A DNA stretch of 64,000 nt from the NCBI GenBank assembly GCA_003281085.1, contig QCCZ01000001.1, positions 27,493-91,492 on the forward strand, in the 5' to 3' direction. This DNA comes from OCS155 cluster bacterium AG-349-E07 (GTDB taxonomy: Bacteria > Actinomycetota > Acidimicrobiia > Actinomarinales > Actinomarinaceae). The notes beneath the pieces were generated by a model. It ran no database searches and was not told the origin of the DNA. It saw only the letters and a program-made list of their open reading frames with translations. Positions within the stretch are counted from its first letter, which is position 1; each line of letters opens with the position of its first letter. A program made the position numbers and the translations under genes. This document shows positions 37,001 through 46,774 of this stretch, one piece after another.

Positions 37001-37325
37001 GTATCTTGATAGAACTGATATTGTTCAAGTTCCCCCAAAAGATAAGCCACAAACAGAGTCTATTGCTGTTGAAGAAAAACCTGTAACACCTGTTCAGAAA
37101 GCGGAACCTGTAACACCTGTTCAGAAAGCGGAACCTGTAACACCTGTTCAGAAAGTGGAACCTGTAAGTGTTGAACAAACAGAGAACTCAGTTGCTACAG
37201 TTCAAGAAGTTCTTGGCGATATGATGGGTGATGCTCCAGCCTGCCCTGATTGTGGACATATAACAATCAGGAATGGTTCATGTTACAAGTGCCTTAATTG
37301 TGGTAACTCTTTAGGCTGTAGTTAA
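34008..37325 (+). CDS. nrdJ: Class II (adenosylcobalamin-dependent) ribonucleotide reductase
   Basis: 1105 aa with a GTG start after AGGAG. Typical class II motifs are present (NPCSEY, ACNLASLNL, TGVEPDF). The C-terminal Cys4 ribbon is CPDCGH...CYKCLNCG. Confidence 0.95.
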   Translation: MAQKSGLKVTRKYTTPGNPYNNIEWEKRSSKITNPDGSVVFEMNDVEIPSTWSQVATDIMVSKYFRKAGVPQTDADGNVLKDENGNVVLGPETSSRQVFDRLAETWRHWGEKTGYFATKADAQSFEDELKYMLATQMAAPNSPQWFNTGLNFKYDLTGPAQGFWYVDPKTGKLTPGEDSYSRPQPHACFIQSIDDDLVNEGGIMDLWVKEARLFKFGSGTGTNFSNLRGEGEKLSGGGVSSGVMSFLKIGDRAAGAIKSGGTTRRAAKMVILDLDHPDIEDFIEWKAIEEDKARALIAAGYPADFNGEAYATVSGQNSNNSVRVPSDFVKAVEEDGDWDLIARTDGSVFRTVKARDLWNKIADAAWKCADPGVQYDTTINEWHTSPEGGKIRASNPCSEYLFLDNTACNLASLNLVKFYDDETQVFDIDSYKHALRIWTIVLEISVEMAQFPSKEIAQGSYDYRTLGLGYANLGSLLMRKGIAYDSDLGRAIAGALTAMLTGEAYKASAEMAGIVGPFPKYKENSTNMLRVMNNHRKAAYDSNDYEGLSHDLIAINQELCPEDLLKAAQLSWDEAVELGTKNGYRNAQATVLAPTGTIGLLMDCDTTGVEPDFALMKFKKLAGGGYMKIANQSIGPALQALGYEENQVQEIIQYVIGSMSLENSPYINKRSLMEKGLGEEDIVKIEGALPGAFEIQHAFNVFVLGEETLKGLGIDEEEYTSFDFNLLERLGFSRNEIAQANLEICGTQKIEGAPYLKDEHLDVFDCANKCGKDGKRFIHYMGHVRMMAAAQPFISGAISKTVNMPNEATVQDIEDCYFESAKIGVKAIAIYRDGSKASQPLSASSDEGDSDESDQEVNKILEEEAMLIQGNFAPGTSPTKAYSGVNRPRFLLPERRKGWTQEARVAGHKVYLRTGEYPDGTLGEVFIDIAKEGATLKGVLGCFAIAVSKGLQYGVPLEEFVDTFTFQTFEPRGMVEGHENIKMSNSIIDYVFRALGLEYLDRTDIVQVPPKDKPQTESIAVEEKPVTPVQKAEPVTPVQKAEPVTPVQKVEPVSVEQTENSVATVQEVLGDMMGDAPACPDCGHITIRNGSCYKCLNCGNSLGCS
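37080..37167 (+). repeat. In-frame tandem repeat, 27-bp unit x about 3.3 (PVTPVQKAE) inside nrdJ
   Basis: CCTGTAACACCTGTTCAGAAAGCGGAA occurs at 37080 and 37107, with one substitution at 37134 and a partial copy at 37161. Confidence 0.9.
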
Positions 37326-37370
37326 AAAAAACTACAATAATTCAAAAAACTAAATATACTAATTAGCTCA

Positions 37371-37444
37371 GGGCGCTTAGCTCAGTCCGGCAGAGCGCTT
37401 CCCTTACAAGGAAGAAGTCACAGGTTCAAATCCTGTAGCGCCCA
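37371..37444 (+). tRNA. tRNA-Val (anticodon TAC)
   Basis: Cloverleaf folded by hand: acceptor GGGCGCT/AGCGCCC, anticodon stem CTTCC/GGAAG with loop CTTACAA, T-arm ACAGG-TTCAAAT-CCTGT. CCA is not encoded. Confidence 0.9.
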
Positions 37445-37861
37445 CAAGGGTTTTTCAGAAATGCACCTTGTAAAAGACACTATAAAATTTTAGAAAAGTT
37501 ATCAAGAAAATAGTGATAAAAATACTATGAAAGGTAAAGATATTAGTGCGAAAGAAATATAAATTAAGAAACTAATTATCAATAAAATAATTGCACCAAT
37601 AAAGATTTTGTTCGCATTCATAAAAAATTATTTTACAACTAGTTTCTTTTTTTCATAAATTGTAAAGTTCAAAGAAAAAATAGGGCGAAGTAATGTTGGG
37701 CTATTGCAATGGGGATTTCCTGGAAATAAATTACGTGGGGAATATCTTATTAATGAAAGAGCACAAAGCTAAACAGTTCTGATTATTAGTCTATTGATTA
37801 ATTATTTAACTGTATCGTAACGAAACTTCGTTTAGAATTATAAAACAGGAGCTATTAATTT

Positions 37862-39940
37862 ATGAACAGGAAAGTTTCATTTTTTGTAATTTTTTTATTA
37901 ATAATGATTTCTTGTGGTGGAGAAACAGAACAAACTATTTCAGAGACGACAACTTCAACAATTTTGGATACGACCTCTACATCTTCGAGCACTACAACGA
38001 CAATTGTTGAAATAAATGAAAAAAATGAACAAAAATGTCCAGAGGATGATAACAGTAATATTGATTTTTCAAAAACAAAAAATGTTCAACTGTTTTTAAA
38101 TAAGTATGGTTTTGATGCAGGTGAGCCTGATGGAATTCCTGGCAATCAAACAGTTGAAGCTATAAAAGAGTTCCAAGCCTATGCGGGTTTAAGTGTTGAC
38201 GGTGATGCAGGACCTAATACAATTGCAAAAATGAATTCATGGACAGGCTGTGAAGAGAAAATTAATGATTATATTAAGCAAACCACTACAACAACTGTCG
38301 CAAGTTCTGAATCTAGCAATGAAAGTACAAGCACTACTTCAACTACAAGTACAACAACCACGACTATTCCACAAAGCCTGTATGTGCAAAATAATTTTGG
38401 TTTTATGCCAAGCTTGTCTCTTAAAAATAATGAAATTGTTAGTATATTTAAAGGACATAGCGATGGTAATTTGGTTTGCGGTACACCTTACTTTGGTGAT
38501 CTTCCTACAAACACTTTAAATTATTTTTCTAACTCTATGCCAACTGCTCAAACAGTAAGTAATAGTCCCTTTACTAAATCTGAGTTGTCTACAAAAATAA
38601 ATGTTAACTCAAATGCTGAAATTGAGATACAAGTTATTGGAAATGGTGATACTAATTTTAAATTTTACTTTATAAAACCTTTTGATAATCAATTTATAAT
38701 CTTAAATCCTAGCAATATAGTTTCTTCTGCTGGTCTTACAACGGCTACTTTCAAAAAAAATAACCTAGATAATGGTGCGTGGTTTTATGGATTTGCAGAA
38801 AATAGCAGCGGAGAGATTGTAAAAGCTTCTGGAAATAGGGAGTTCATCGTAGGTGATGCAGGTGGAATGACAAATGCAGATTCAAACGAAATAGAAACAA
38901 TTATCATAACAAAAAACGGTAAAAATATTACGCAAGGTGAAAACTTAAGCTCTTCTGACAAATTGTCAATTATGTATATTACAAAAAGTATTTATGACAA
39001 TAGAGATAACACACAAACAACTATAAACAGTGAAACTGACACCATTACGTTGAAAAACGATAGTCAGGCAAATGTTGGAAATATTCTTCTAATAAATAGA
39101 GAGCTTATGTTTGTAAACTCAAAAAATTCTAACAATTATACAGTTACTCGTGGGTATTTGAACACAGAAATAAAAGAGCACTTGGCTGGCTCTTCAGTAA
39201 GAGTAATAGAGGACTCATCAAGGGAAGGTTTAAAGAGCAATTTCGGTTATGCAGTAATTAGAACCGAAAAAGGTTTTAAATTTCAAATTCCTCTAGGTCC
39301 AGAACTTAGTAGCAATGAATTCTTGTTATCTGGATGTCCAAACGATAGATATTTATTAGAAGAAATAACAACTTTTTCATGGAGACAAAGTGGATCTTCT
39401 ACAGTTGTCAATAGTTCAACAAAAAATACCGTAACTTCATTACTTGATAAGGAATTCGTCATTAACACCAATAAACAATATCTCTCCCCAAATTTAATTG
39501 GTAAAGATTCAGATACTGGAAATTTTTTAATAGAGGGTCCAAGGAATAAAGTGCTAAGTCTAAATGAAAGTGTAAATTTTAATTTTAACAAGATAGAGTT
39601 AGGCAATTCAGAAATTAAATTTGTAGAAATTAATTTTAAGATGCTTCCCCTAGAAAATTCAAACAAACTTTCAAGTTCAAAATCTATTTATTTACCGGTT
39701 GTTGATGGAAACTTTAATTTTATTATTGACCTACAACAAAAATCCGAAGTTAAAGTTCCTAATTCTAACAATTGGGAAGTGGGCTATAAATATATTTTTA
39801 ATTACATAACTTTTTTTGATAAAATCTCAAAAACAAGATTTAAAAATGACGGAACAGTTGCTTATGGTCATAATTCAAATCCTGGATCGCATGATGTCTA
39901 CTATTTAGACCAATTTTCATTTATTGTTAATGAAGATTAA
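37862..39940 (+). CDS. Lipoprotein with peptidoglycan-binding (PG_binding_1-like) domain and Ser/Thr-rich linkers
   Basis: Signal peptide with lipobox LIMISCGG. YGFDAGEPDGIPGNQTVEAIKEFQAYAGLSVDGDAGPNT matches the PG-binding repeat. Two poly-Thr/Ser linkers. Confidence 0.65.
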   Translation: MNRKVSFFVIFLLIMISCGGETEQTISETTTSTILDTTSTSSSTTTTIVEINEKNEQKCPEDDNSNIDFSKTKNVQLFLNKYGFDAGEPDGIPGNQTVEAIKEFQAYAGLSVDGDAGPNTIAKMNSWTGCEEKINDYIKQTTTTTVASSESSNESTSTTSTTSTTTTTIPQSLYVQNNFGFMPSLSLKNNEIVSIFKGHSDGNLVCGTPYFGDLPTNTLNYFSNSMPTAQTVSNSPFTKSELSTKINVNSNAEIEIQVIGNGDTNFKFYFIKPFDNQFIILNPSNIVSSAGLTTATFKKNNLDNGAWFYGFAENSSGEIVKASGNREFIVGDAGGMTNADSNEIETIIITKNGKNITQGENLSSSDKLSIMYITKSIYDNRDNTQTTINSETDTITLKNDSQANVGNILLINRELMFVNSKNSNNYTVTRGYLNTEIKEHLAGSSVRVIEDSSREGLKSNFGYAVIRTEKGFKFQIPLGPELSSNEFLLSGCPNDRYLLEEITTFSWRQSGSSTVVNSSTKNTVTSLLDKEFVINTNKQYLSPNLIGKDSDTGNFLIEGPRNKVLSLNESVNFNFNKIELGNSEIKFVEINFKMLPLENSNKLSSSKSIYLPVVDGNFNFIIDLQQKSEVKVPNSNNWEVGYKYIFNYITFFDKISKTRFKNDGTVAYGHNSNPGSHDVYYLDQFSFIVNED

Positions 39941-39942
39941 TA

Positions 39943-41133
39943 ATGGTTAATATAAAAAAGGCACCATTCTATATTTTGACGTTTGTACAAACTTTATTTT
40001 TTTTGCCTTTTTTTTTACAATCAAATATTGGGTCTGACTGGGATGCCTACTCACTAATTGGGACTTATTTAATATTTGAAGAAAGTGGTCAATATTTTCC
40101 TTCAAGACCTCCTGGTTTCCCAGTCTATGAATTGTTAGTCGGCTTCATATCGAAGTTCTCATTTTTAGGTATAGAAAAATCTCTACTACTACTTCAGTAC
40201 ATAATTATGATCTCATTAAATTTTTTAATTTATCTTTTTTTTCAAAAAAGAAAAGATTCTAATATTTTAATTTTTATAATAATTCTTTTTTCTCCAATTT
40301 ATTTAATCTCAAGTTTTACAGTAATTGATTACACATTTGGAGCACTTTTTGGATTTTTGTCCATTTACCTAGCCCAATATGGCTCAAAAAAATATCGATT
40401 GTTTATTCCTTTATTATTAGCAATATCAATTGGTGCAAGGCTATCAAACATTGTATTTTTAATCGCAACTTTAATTTCTTTGAATCAAAAAAACATCAAA
40501 CTTGCAAAACTGTTTAATACTTTGCTTTATACATTTTTTTTAAGCATATTATTTTATACTCCAACTCACCTAAATTTATTTAAGTATTTAAAAAATCTTG
40601 GATATAAAACTTCAGAACTTGTGTGTATTTTAAATTTAACAAATATTGACCACACCCTATATGATCGAATAGGTAGATTTATTCTTAAACAAATCAACTA
40701 TATGGGTTTTATAGCCTTTGTTATTTTTTTAATAGCTATTATCATCTCAAAAAAACAAATTCAACAAAAGCACTATCCTCTTGTAGTAGTTTTTTTACTT
40801 TTTGAATTGAGTTTTTTAAGACTGCCTACTGAAGAGGGTCATTTATTGCCTGCATTTATAGCGTTTATGTTAATAATTAAAGATTTTAAATTTCATAATA
40901 AATTTTTAAATTTAACAATTTTATTTTTAGTAATTTCTAGTTTTTTTGATTTAAAATTCTATACAGTTGATGTAGTAGATAGTGCTTCAACAGCTGAACT
41001 AGGAGTTTATCCAAGTAAAGGCTACTTAATCGAAGAATATGAATTAAGAGAACAAGTTGTTAATAAAAATTATCATTATGAAAATTCTAAAATAACATTA
41101 ATAGAAGCCTGGGCTGAAGGTTGCCCAAATTAA
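39943..41133 (+). CDS. GT-C fold membrane glycosyltransferase-like protein (ArnT/PMT-like)
   Basis: 396 aa with about 10 TM helices. The first loop has RPPGFPVYE, as in GT39/GT83-type enzymes. Confidence 0.5.
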   Translation: MVNIKKAPFYILTFVQTLFFLPFFLQSNIGSDWDAYSLIGTYLIFEESGQYFPSRPPGFPVYELLVGFISKFSFLGIEKSLLLLQYIIMISLNFLIYLFFQKRKDSNILIFIIILFSPIYLISSFTVIDYTFGALFGFLSIYLAQYGSKKYRLFIPLLLAISIGARLSNIVFLIATLISLNQKNIKLAKLFNTLLYTFFLSILFYTPTHLNLFKYLKNLGYKTSELVCILNLTNIDHTLYDRIGRFILKQINYMGFIAFVIFLIAIIISKKQIQQKHYPLVVVFLLFELSFLRLPTEEGHLLPAFIAFMLIIKDFKFHNKFLNLTILFLVISSFFDLKFYTVDVVDSASTAELGVYPSKGYLIEEYELREQVVNKNYHYENSKITLIEAWAEGCPN

Positions 41134-41201
41134 ATGAATAAGTATTTAATTTTTTAAAAATAATTGTGTTTATTTATTGAGGGCTATTTATGATTTAAAT
41201 A

Positions 41202-42389
41202 ATGGATAAAAATATAAATTTTCTAGTTTTTGGAAGATTTCCAACTGAAAGAGCTTACGGTGTTCATGTTGTTTCAAATGCAAAATCTTATCAAAATTTT
41301 GGAAAAGTTAAAATAATTTACCCAACTACCACTAACTCAAAAACAATAGATAGTAACCCAGAAGAATATTTTTCGAGAAGCGATGGCATAGTTTTTGAAA
41401 AAATAGACTTTTACGATATTACAGACAATTTATTATTTAAATTATCGCCCAGTTTTTTAAAACAATTTTTATGGTTATTATTTACGTACATATTTGGAAA
41501 AAAAGTTTCAAAAAATATACCAAATAATAATAACGAAATTTTATGGTCTACAAGTTCTGTATTGTTGTATTCAGCATCTAAAAAAAATCATCAGTTAATT
41601 TTTGAGCTACATGGTAGAGCAAGAAAAATTCAATCTTATTTTTTAAAAAAATTGTACAAGAAAAATTATTTCAGAAAAATATTTATTTCAACTTCAAAAT
41701 TTGGTACTGATGATTTACATAATCGTGGTATTAAAAACAATTTACTTTTCATGCCAAATGGTGTTGATACTGATTTATTTAGACCAAAAAACCCAAATGA
41801 TTCATACAAGGATAAATTGAATATCGGCTATGTAGGTCAATTACATACTTATGGAATAGAAAAAGGAATTACATTTTCATTAAGTGCTTTGGATGCCGCT
41901 ATAAATGAATTAAAAAATTCACCTCAATCTGAAAATATGTACAAAAATATTATTTTTACAGTTGTCGGTGGAACTGATGAGGAACATAAACTAATAGATG
42001 ATTTTAAAAATTTTGATACTGTGTTCTTTAAAAATACAAATCAAGAAAATGTAGCTAAAATTTTACAGTCAATTGATATTGGAATTGTACCGTATCCTAA
42101 GGAAGAGCACATCGCTAAATATTCTTCGTCCTTAAAGCTATTTGAATACATATCTTCTGGAGTAGCAGTAATTGCTTCAGATGTTAAAGCTAATCAAGTA
42201 TTCGATAAAGACATTGGAATTGAATTTTTTGAAGCAGAAAATTTTGAAAGTTTAAAAAGAAAATTTAAATATTTTTTAAATAAGAAAAATTCACATCATC
42301 TAGCAGACTTGGCAAAATTAAATGAAGCTTATCGAGATAAACTATCATGGGGTTTAAGAACAAAAGAAATTTTAAAAAATCTTGAATAA
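41202..42389 (+). CDS. GT4 glycosyltransferase
   Basis: The C-terminal domain has an EX7E-like region (SSSLKLFEYISSGVAVIASD), and NGVD precedes it. Confidence 0.7.
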   Translation: MDKNINFLVFGRFPTERAYGVHVVSNAKSYQNFGKVKIIYPTTTNSKTIDSNPEEYFSRSDGIVFEKIDFYDITDNLLFKLSPSFLKQFLWLLFTYIFGKKVSKNIPNNNNEILWSTSSVLLYSASKKNHQLIFELHGRARKIQSYFLKKLYKKNYFRKIFISTSKFGTDDLHNRGIKNNLLFMPNGVDTDLFRPKNPNDSYKDKLNIGYVGQLHTYGIEKGITFSLSALDAAINELKNSPQSENMYKNIIFTVVGGTDEEHKLIDDFKNFDTVFFKNTNQENVAKILQSIDIGIVPYPKEEHIAKYSSSLKLFEYISSGVAVIASDVKANQVFDKDIGIEFFEAENFESLKRKFKYFLNKKNSHHLADLAKLNEAYRDKLSWGLRTKEILKNLE

Positions 42390-42391
42390 TT

Positions 42392-42465
42392 GCGCCTGTA
42401 GCTTAACTGGATAGAGCATCTGACTTCGGATCAGAGGGTTGGGGGTTCGAGTCCCTCCAGGCGTG
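42392..42465 (+). tRNA. tRNA-Arg (anticodon TCG)
   Basis: Acceptor GCGCCTG/CAGGCGT (G1-U72 wobble), anticodon stem TCTGA/TCAGA with loop CTTCGGA, T-loop TTCGAGT. Confidence 0.85.
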
Positions 42466-42469
42466 CAAA

Positions 42470-43615
42470 TTAAAAAGAATTTAGTTTATTAATAATTTTT
42501 TCAACTCTATTTTCATAACTATATTCTTTTATTTTTTCTATATCAAAATCTATTTCTTCTCCTAAAATTTTGATTGATTCTAAAATACCCTTTTTTATTG
42601 AGCCTGAATCATCATCAATAAACACTGATTTTTCGTAATCAAATCTCTTATTTGCTTCAACATTAGAGCATAAAACAACAAGCCCTGCTCTTATATACTC
42701 AAAAAATTTCATAGATGAGGAAAAACTGTTTACATGATGTGTGTTTGGCAATGGTATCAAACCAATGTCTGACCTAAACAGTTCATAATAAAAATCTTGT
42801 GAAGGAATTCTATTGTGAATTTTGATACTGTCGTTTATATTTTTTGTGTAAACAAATTTATCTAATAATTCTTTTTCATCCTTACTTGAACAATAAATTG
42901 ATAAAGTACAATTTTGTAATTCATTTTTTGTAACAAGATCATTAAAAACGAGAATAATTTTTTCCAGGTTTTTACTCTCTCCTGATATATCCAATGAGCC
43001 CCCAAAAATAAATCTTGTTAATTCACTATTTTGTTCTTTTTTATGTGTTTCTATTTCAGAAAATAGCTTTTCATCATACCCAGTCTCTAGATAAACGGTG
43101 TTATTTTTATCCACTCCTAAACTTTGTATTACTTTCTCAATATATGGAGTAAGAACAACAAATATAATTTTTTGATTTTTTTTGATTGAGTGTCGAACAA
43201 GTAATTTAGACATTCTTGTAATTTGATGTACTTCGTAGACAATTTTGTTTTGATTATTTCTCGTAGTGAAAAGAATATAAGGCGATCGGGTATATAAGAT
43301 AAAATTATTTTTATACTTTTTTAAATAATTTTTTACCCTCTTGGCAAATAACATATGATTAAAAATGTAAATTAATTTATTTAATAATGTTTGGCTTTTG
43401 TATTCGTATTTTTTTGTATGTTTAATTTTTGTTAATTTGAATTTATTGTTTATTTTGTAAAATTCTTCAAAATTTTTACTTGTTTTTTTTCTATCTGGGT
43501 AAACAAGTTCTACATCGATTTCTTTATCAATAAAATTATTTATTGTAGAAATAGATTGAAATGTATTTGTCCTGTAGTCAGGAAAAAATTGATAAGTTGC
43601 ATATATTATTTGCAT
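42470..43615 (-). CDS. GT4-like glycosyltransferase
   Basis: C-terminal SSSMKFFEYIRAGLVVLCSN parallels the EX7E region of the 41202 gene. 381 aa. Confidence 0.6.
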   Translation of the reverse strand: MQIIYATYQFFPDYRTNTFQSISTINNFIDKEIDVELVYPDRKKTSKNFEEFYKINNKFKLTKIKHTKKYEYKSQTLLNKLIYIFNHMLFAKRVKNYLKKYKNNFILYTRSPYILFTTRNNQNKIVYEVHQITRMSKLLVRHSIKKNQKIIFVVLTPYIEKVIQSLGVDKNNTVYLETGYDEKLFSEIETHKKEQNSELTRFIFGGSLDISGESKNLEKIILVFNDLVTKNELQNCTLSIYCSSKDEKELLDKFVYTKNINDSIKIHNRIPSQDFYYELFRSDIGLIPLPNTHHVNSFSSSMKFFEYIRAGLVVLCSNVEANKRFDYEKSVFIDDDSGSIKKGILESIKILGEEIDFDIEKIKEYSYENRVEKIINKLNSF

Positions 43616-43699
43616 GCAATTTAATGGTAATTCATTATTTAAAAAACATAAGAAATTTTTAATTTATACTTAATTAAAAATTGTTCTAAAGTACTTATA

Positions 43700-44542
43700 A
43701 TGCAAGGTGATCCAGGTTATTTTGGCCCACAATCGATGATGTGGAAAGTAAATAAAGAAATTACAGTTCTTTTTGGTGGTGCAAGGGCATTACTTATGCA
43801 TGCAGCTCATCCATTAATTGCAGCTGGCGCTAGGCAAACATCTTTTTACCAAAGAGATCCTTGGAAAAGACTAATTAGAACACTGTCTCTGCAAAATTCA
43901 GTAACTTTTGGTACAAAATCTGAAGCTGATGAAAGTGCTCACAGAATAAATAAGCTTCATGAAGTAATCAAAGGTGATGATCCTATTTCAGGTGGATATT
44001 ATGATGCTTTAGATCATGAACAGCTTCTTTGGGTACATGCTTGTTTACAAATTTCTTCAATCTATTTTTATGAAAAAACGGTCAAAAAATTAAGCACAGA
44101 TGAAAAAAATCAGTACCACATTGAAAACATGAAATCTGCAGAGTTAGTTTTAATAAACATAAATAAAATGCCTCAAACTCATGAAGAATTAAAAAAATGG
44201 GTTATTGAAAAATCTAAAGAAAAAAATTATTTGCTATATACAGATGTAGCTAAAGATGTTGAAGAAATCATTGCTGGCGGTCCAGTTCCGACACATATAA
44301 AACCAATTTGGCCTTTCATTGCATTTACAGCGTTTAATACATTACCTAGAGAATTCAAAAATCTATATGGAGTTAAAGAAACTAAATTTAAAATGATTAT
44401 TCTAAACTTCAACTTGAAACTTTTAAAATATACTAGACCTTTTCTTCCACCTTTTTTTAGACTAATTGCACCAGCAAGATGGGCTAAACAAAGAATAGTT
44501 AAAAATCCAAACCTTAAATTTAAAGACAAGGCAAATTTTTAA
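43700..44542 (+). CDS. MpaB/DUF2236 family oxygenase
   Basis: YFGPQSMMWKVNKEITVLFGGARALLMHAAHPLIAAG matches the conserved DUF2236 N-terminal block. Confidence 0.75.
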   Translation: MQGDPGYFGPQSMMWKVNKEITVLFGGARALLMHAAHPLIAAGARQTSFYQRDPWKRLIRTLSLQNSVTFGTKSEADESAHRINKLHEVIKGDDPISGGYYDALDHEQLLWVHACLQISSIYFYEKTVKKLSTDEKNQYHIENMKSAELVLININKMPQTHEELKKWVIEKSKEKNYLLYTDVAKDVEEIIAGGPVPTHIKPIWPFIAFTAFNTLPREFKNLYGVKETKFKMIILNFNLKLLKYTRPFLPPFFRLIAPARWAKQRIVKNPNLKFKDKANF

Positions 44543-44562
44543 AATTACTATATTATTAAGCC

Positions 44563-44886
44563 ATGACCGATCAAAATAATTGGGAAGAGATGTCAGATGA
44601 CATTGCCGATATTTCTAAAAAAATTAAAAACAATATTTCAGGAGATGAAAATATTGATGATTTAAAAGATTCATTAATAAATATTAAAGAAAATGTAATG
44701 AACACATTTAATAAACTTGCTGAAATTGTTGAAAATACTTTAAATGATGAGGAAGTTAAGAAAGATACTTTAAATATTGTAAATAAATTGCGTGATGAAA
44801 TTTCAGATATTGTTGACTCCACTAAAGATAAAGTATCAGATGTTGTTAATTTTGATGATTATTTAAAAAATTCTGAAGAAGAATAA
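44563..44886 (+). CDS. Hypothetical acidic helical protein (107 aa)
   Basis: Asp/Glu/Asn/Lys-rich ORF with no TM helix. No motif recognised. Confidence 0.35.
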   Translation: MTDQNNWEEMSDDIADISKKIKNNISGDENIDDLKDSLINIKENVMNTFNKLAEIVENTLNDEEVKKDTLNIVNKLRDEISDIVDSTKDKVSDVVNFDDYLKNSEEE

Positions 44887-44930
44887 ATTGTTCTTAATAT
44901 ATCAAGTAGTGTATTATTCAATGAGTAACT

Positions 44931-45003
44931 GGGTCGGTAGCTCAATCGGCAGAGCAGGAGCCTTTTAAGCTCAAGGTCGTGGGTTCGATTCCCACCCGAC
45001 CCA
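44931..45003 (+). tRNA. tRNA-Lys (anticodon TTT)
   Basis: Acceptor GGGTCGG/CCGACCC, anticodon loop CTTTTAA, T-arm GTGGG-TTCGATT-CCCAC. Confidence 0.9.
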
Positions 45004-45036
45004 CAAATTTTTATCGAATTACTCTATTATTAATTT

Positions 45037-46734
45037 ATGAAAACTTTTCATGCATTATCCGGTTTATTTGTATTTATTACATTAAAAATTTTAATTAATT
45101 TTAATAAGGAATTTCTGAATAGAAATTTTTTTAGAATTGATGACTTTATAAATACATTAATGGTTTTTGTGGTTTTAATTTATGTTTACACCAATAAAGA
45201 AAAGTTTATTGAATACCAACCAAAAAAAAATAATAAAATCTTTTTCATTGTAATTATCATTTCAATCATTTTTCATACATACAGAACTTTGATTAACCTT
45301 CCATACTCGTTTTTGCATTCTGACAACGTAATATCAAACCTTCATGTAAATAGAATGATAAATTTTGATTTAAATGTTTATCAAGCTACTTGGAATGAAC
45401 ATACAACTTTACTGATTTATATTCAAAAATATGCAATTCAAATATTCAAAATTTTTGGATTTGAAAATGACTTGTTAATTTACTTTATTGTTTTTATCTT
45501 GTTTACATCGCTAAGTTGTCTTTTGATTGTGAAATTATCAAATTTTTTTACTGATTATAAAGCAATAGGATTTGTCATTGGAACACTTTATTTTATAGAT
45601 TCTGTTGGAGCTGGGAACAGGACACTGAGATTTGATACTCGATCTTTTGGTTCATTTCTTATGCTTTTATTTACTTACTTTTTATATAAATATACAACAA
45701 ACAGGAATATTAATGATTTACACATGACCGTCGTGTTTGGAACATTTGCGATGTTTAATTTAGAATCGTACTCCTTAACAATTCTGATATTATTTTTAAC
45801 ATTCATTTATGTAGAAAAGCCTGGCTTAAGAATTTTAGGAAAATTATTTTTTACTTTTTTGTCTACATTCAGCTCTATTTTTTTGTTTCATTTTCTAACT
45901 GATCAATTAAACGATTTAATAAATCTTAACATTCTATTCCACCTTCAGTCATCAAGGGTTGAGAGCGTAAATTTATTATATGCTATTTCTGGTGTAGAAT
46001 TTTTCCCTGGATTAAATCTTTACCTGTTTATATTTTTACTTTGGCCAATATTCTTGTTGAGGTTTAAAAATTATTTGAAGAACAAAAATATTATCTACCT
46101 CAATTCATATATCTTGGGAGAATTGCTTCATTTGATTTTAACTGGTCCTAGATGGATTGCTTATGGTCAGATAATGCGTATACCTTTAATGATTATTTTA
46201 TGTATCTACTTGGATAAATTTGCTGTAAAAATAGGCTTGAACAAGTCCTTTGATAATTTTAAGTATAAAATCTCAACTTCTTTATTAATTCCAGTAGTTT
46301 TAACAGCCTTTATCGGTGGTCCATCTATATTTAATTCAAAAATAGAACGACAAAAAGAAATACTTATTGGAGAGTCTTCAAGAATTGAAATAATTAAATT
46401 GATTGAAGAAAATACAGATAATAATGCTTATTTCTTATGGACTGAAAATAAAAATTGGTCTTGGATGTTTTTAAATTCAAATTACTTGCCTGCAACAAGA
46501 ATGTGGTTGTGGGTGCAAGCTTATGAGGAGAACAAATCATATTTTTCATGGAGTGATCGTTGGGGATTAGAACAAATTCAAAAATACTGGCTTGAAGATA
46601 TTGAAACCGAGAATGTTGATGTTTTTGTAATTGATAAAAACTTTATTAATTTGCCTAATTTTATAAATCAATACATTTCAGAAAATTCAGCACTGGTTAG
46701 ATGTATCTCAGATTTTTGTTTATATAAAAAATAA
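45037..46734 (+). CDS. Large polytopic membrane protein (GT-C/O-antigen-polymerase-like, unassigned)
   Basis: 565 aa with more than 10 TM helices followed by a soluble C-terminal domain. Sits in the glycosylation island. Confidence 0.5.
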   Translation: MKTFHALSGLFVFITLKILINFNKEFLNRNFFRIDDFINTLMVFVVLIYVYTNKEKFIEYQPKKNNKIFFIVIIISIIFHTYRTLINLPYSFLHSDNVISNLHVNRMINFDLNVYQATWNEHTTLLIYIQKYAIQIFKIFGFENDLLIYFIVFILFTSLSCLLIVKLSNFFTDYKAIGFVIGTLYFIDSVGAGNRTLRFDTRSFGSFLMLLFTYFLYKYTTNRNINDLHMTVVFGTFAMFNLESYSLTILILFLTFIYVEKPGLRILGKLFFTFLSTFSSIFLFHFLTDQLNDLINLNILFHLQSSRVESVNLLYAISGVEFFPGLNLYLFIFLLWPIFLLRFKNYLKNKNIIYLNSYILGELLHLILTGPRWIAYGQIMRIPLMIILCIYLDKFAVKIGLNKSFDNFKYKISTSLLIPVVLTAFIGGPSIFNSKIERQKEILIGESSRIEIIKLIEENTDNNAYFLWTENKNWSWMFLNSNYLPATRMWLWVQAYEENKSYFSWSDRWGLEQIQKYWLEDIETENVDVFVIDKNFINLPNFINQYISENSALVRCISDFCLYKK

Positions 46735-46774
46735 AAATTAAATTTTGAAAACTAGAAATATGTATCATTGATAT

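Noticed and set aside
21836-37167. Whether the short tandem repeats (21836, 26363, 37080) could be a CRISPR-like array
   Set aside because: The units are contiguous with no spacers, are 21 or 27 bp (multiples of three), and lie in-frame inside coding genes. No cas genes are present.
37446-37861. Integrase, att site or mobile element next to tRNA-Val, and a 39-codon hydrophobic minus-strand ORF (37502..37621)
   Set aside because: I found no integrase or transposase ORF and no duplicated tRNA 3' end. The mini-ORF has no SD or coupling context and sits in very AT-rich spacer, so it is probably a chance ORF.
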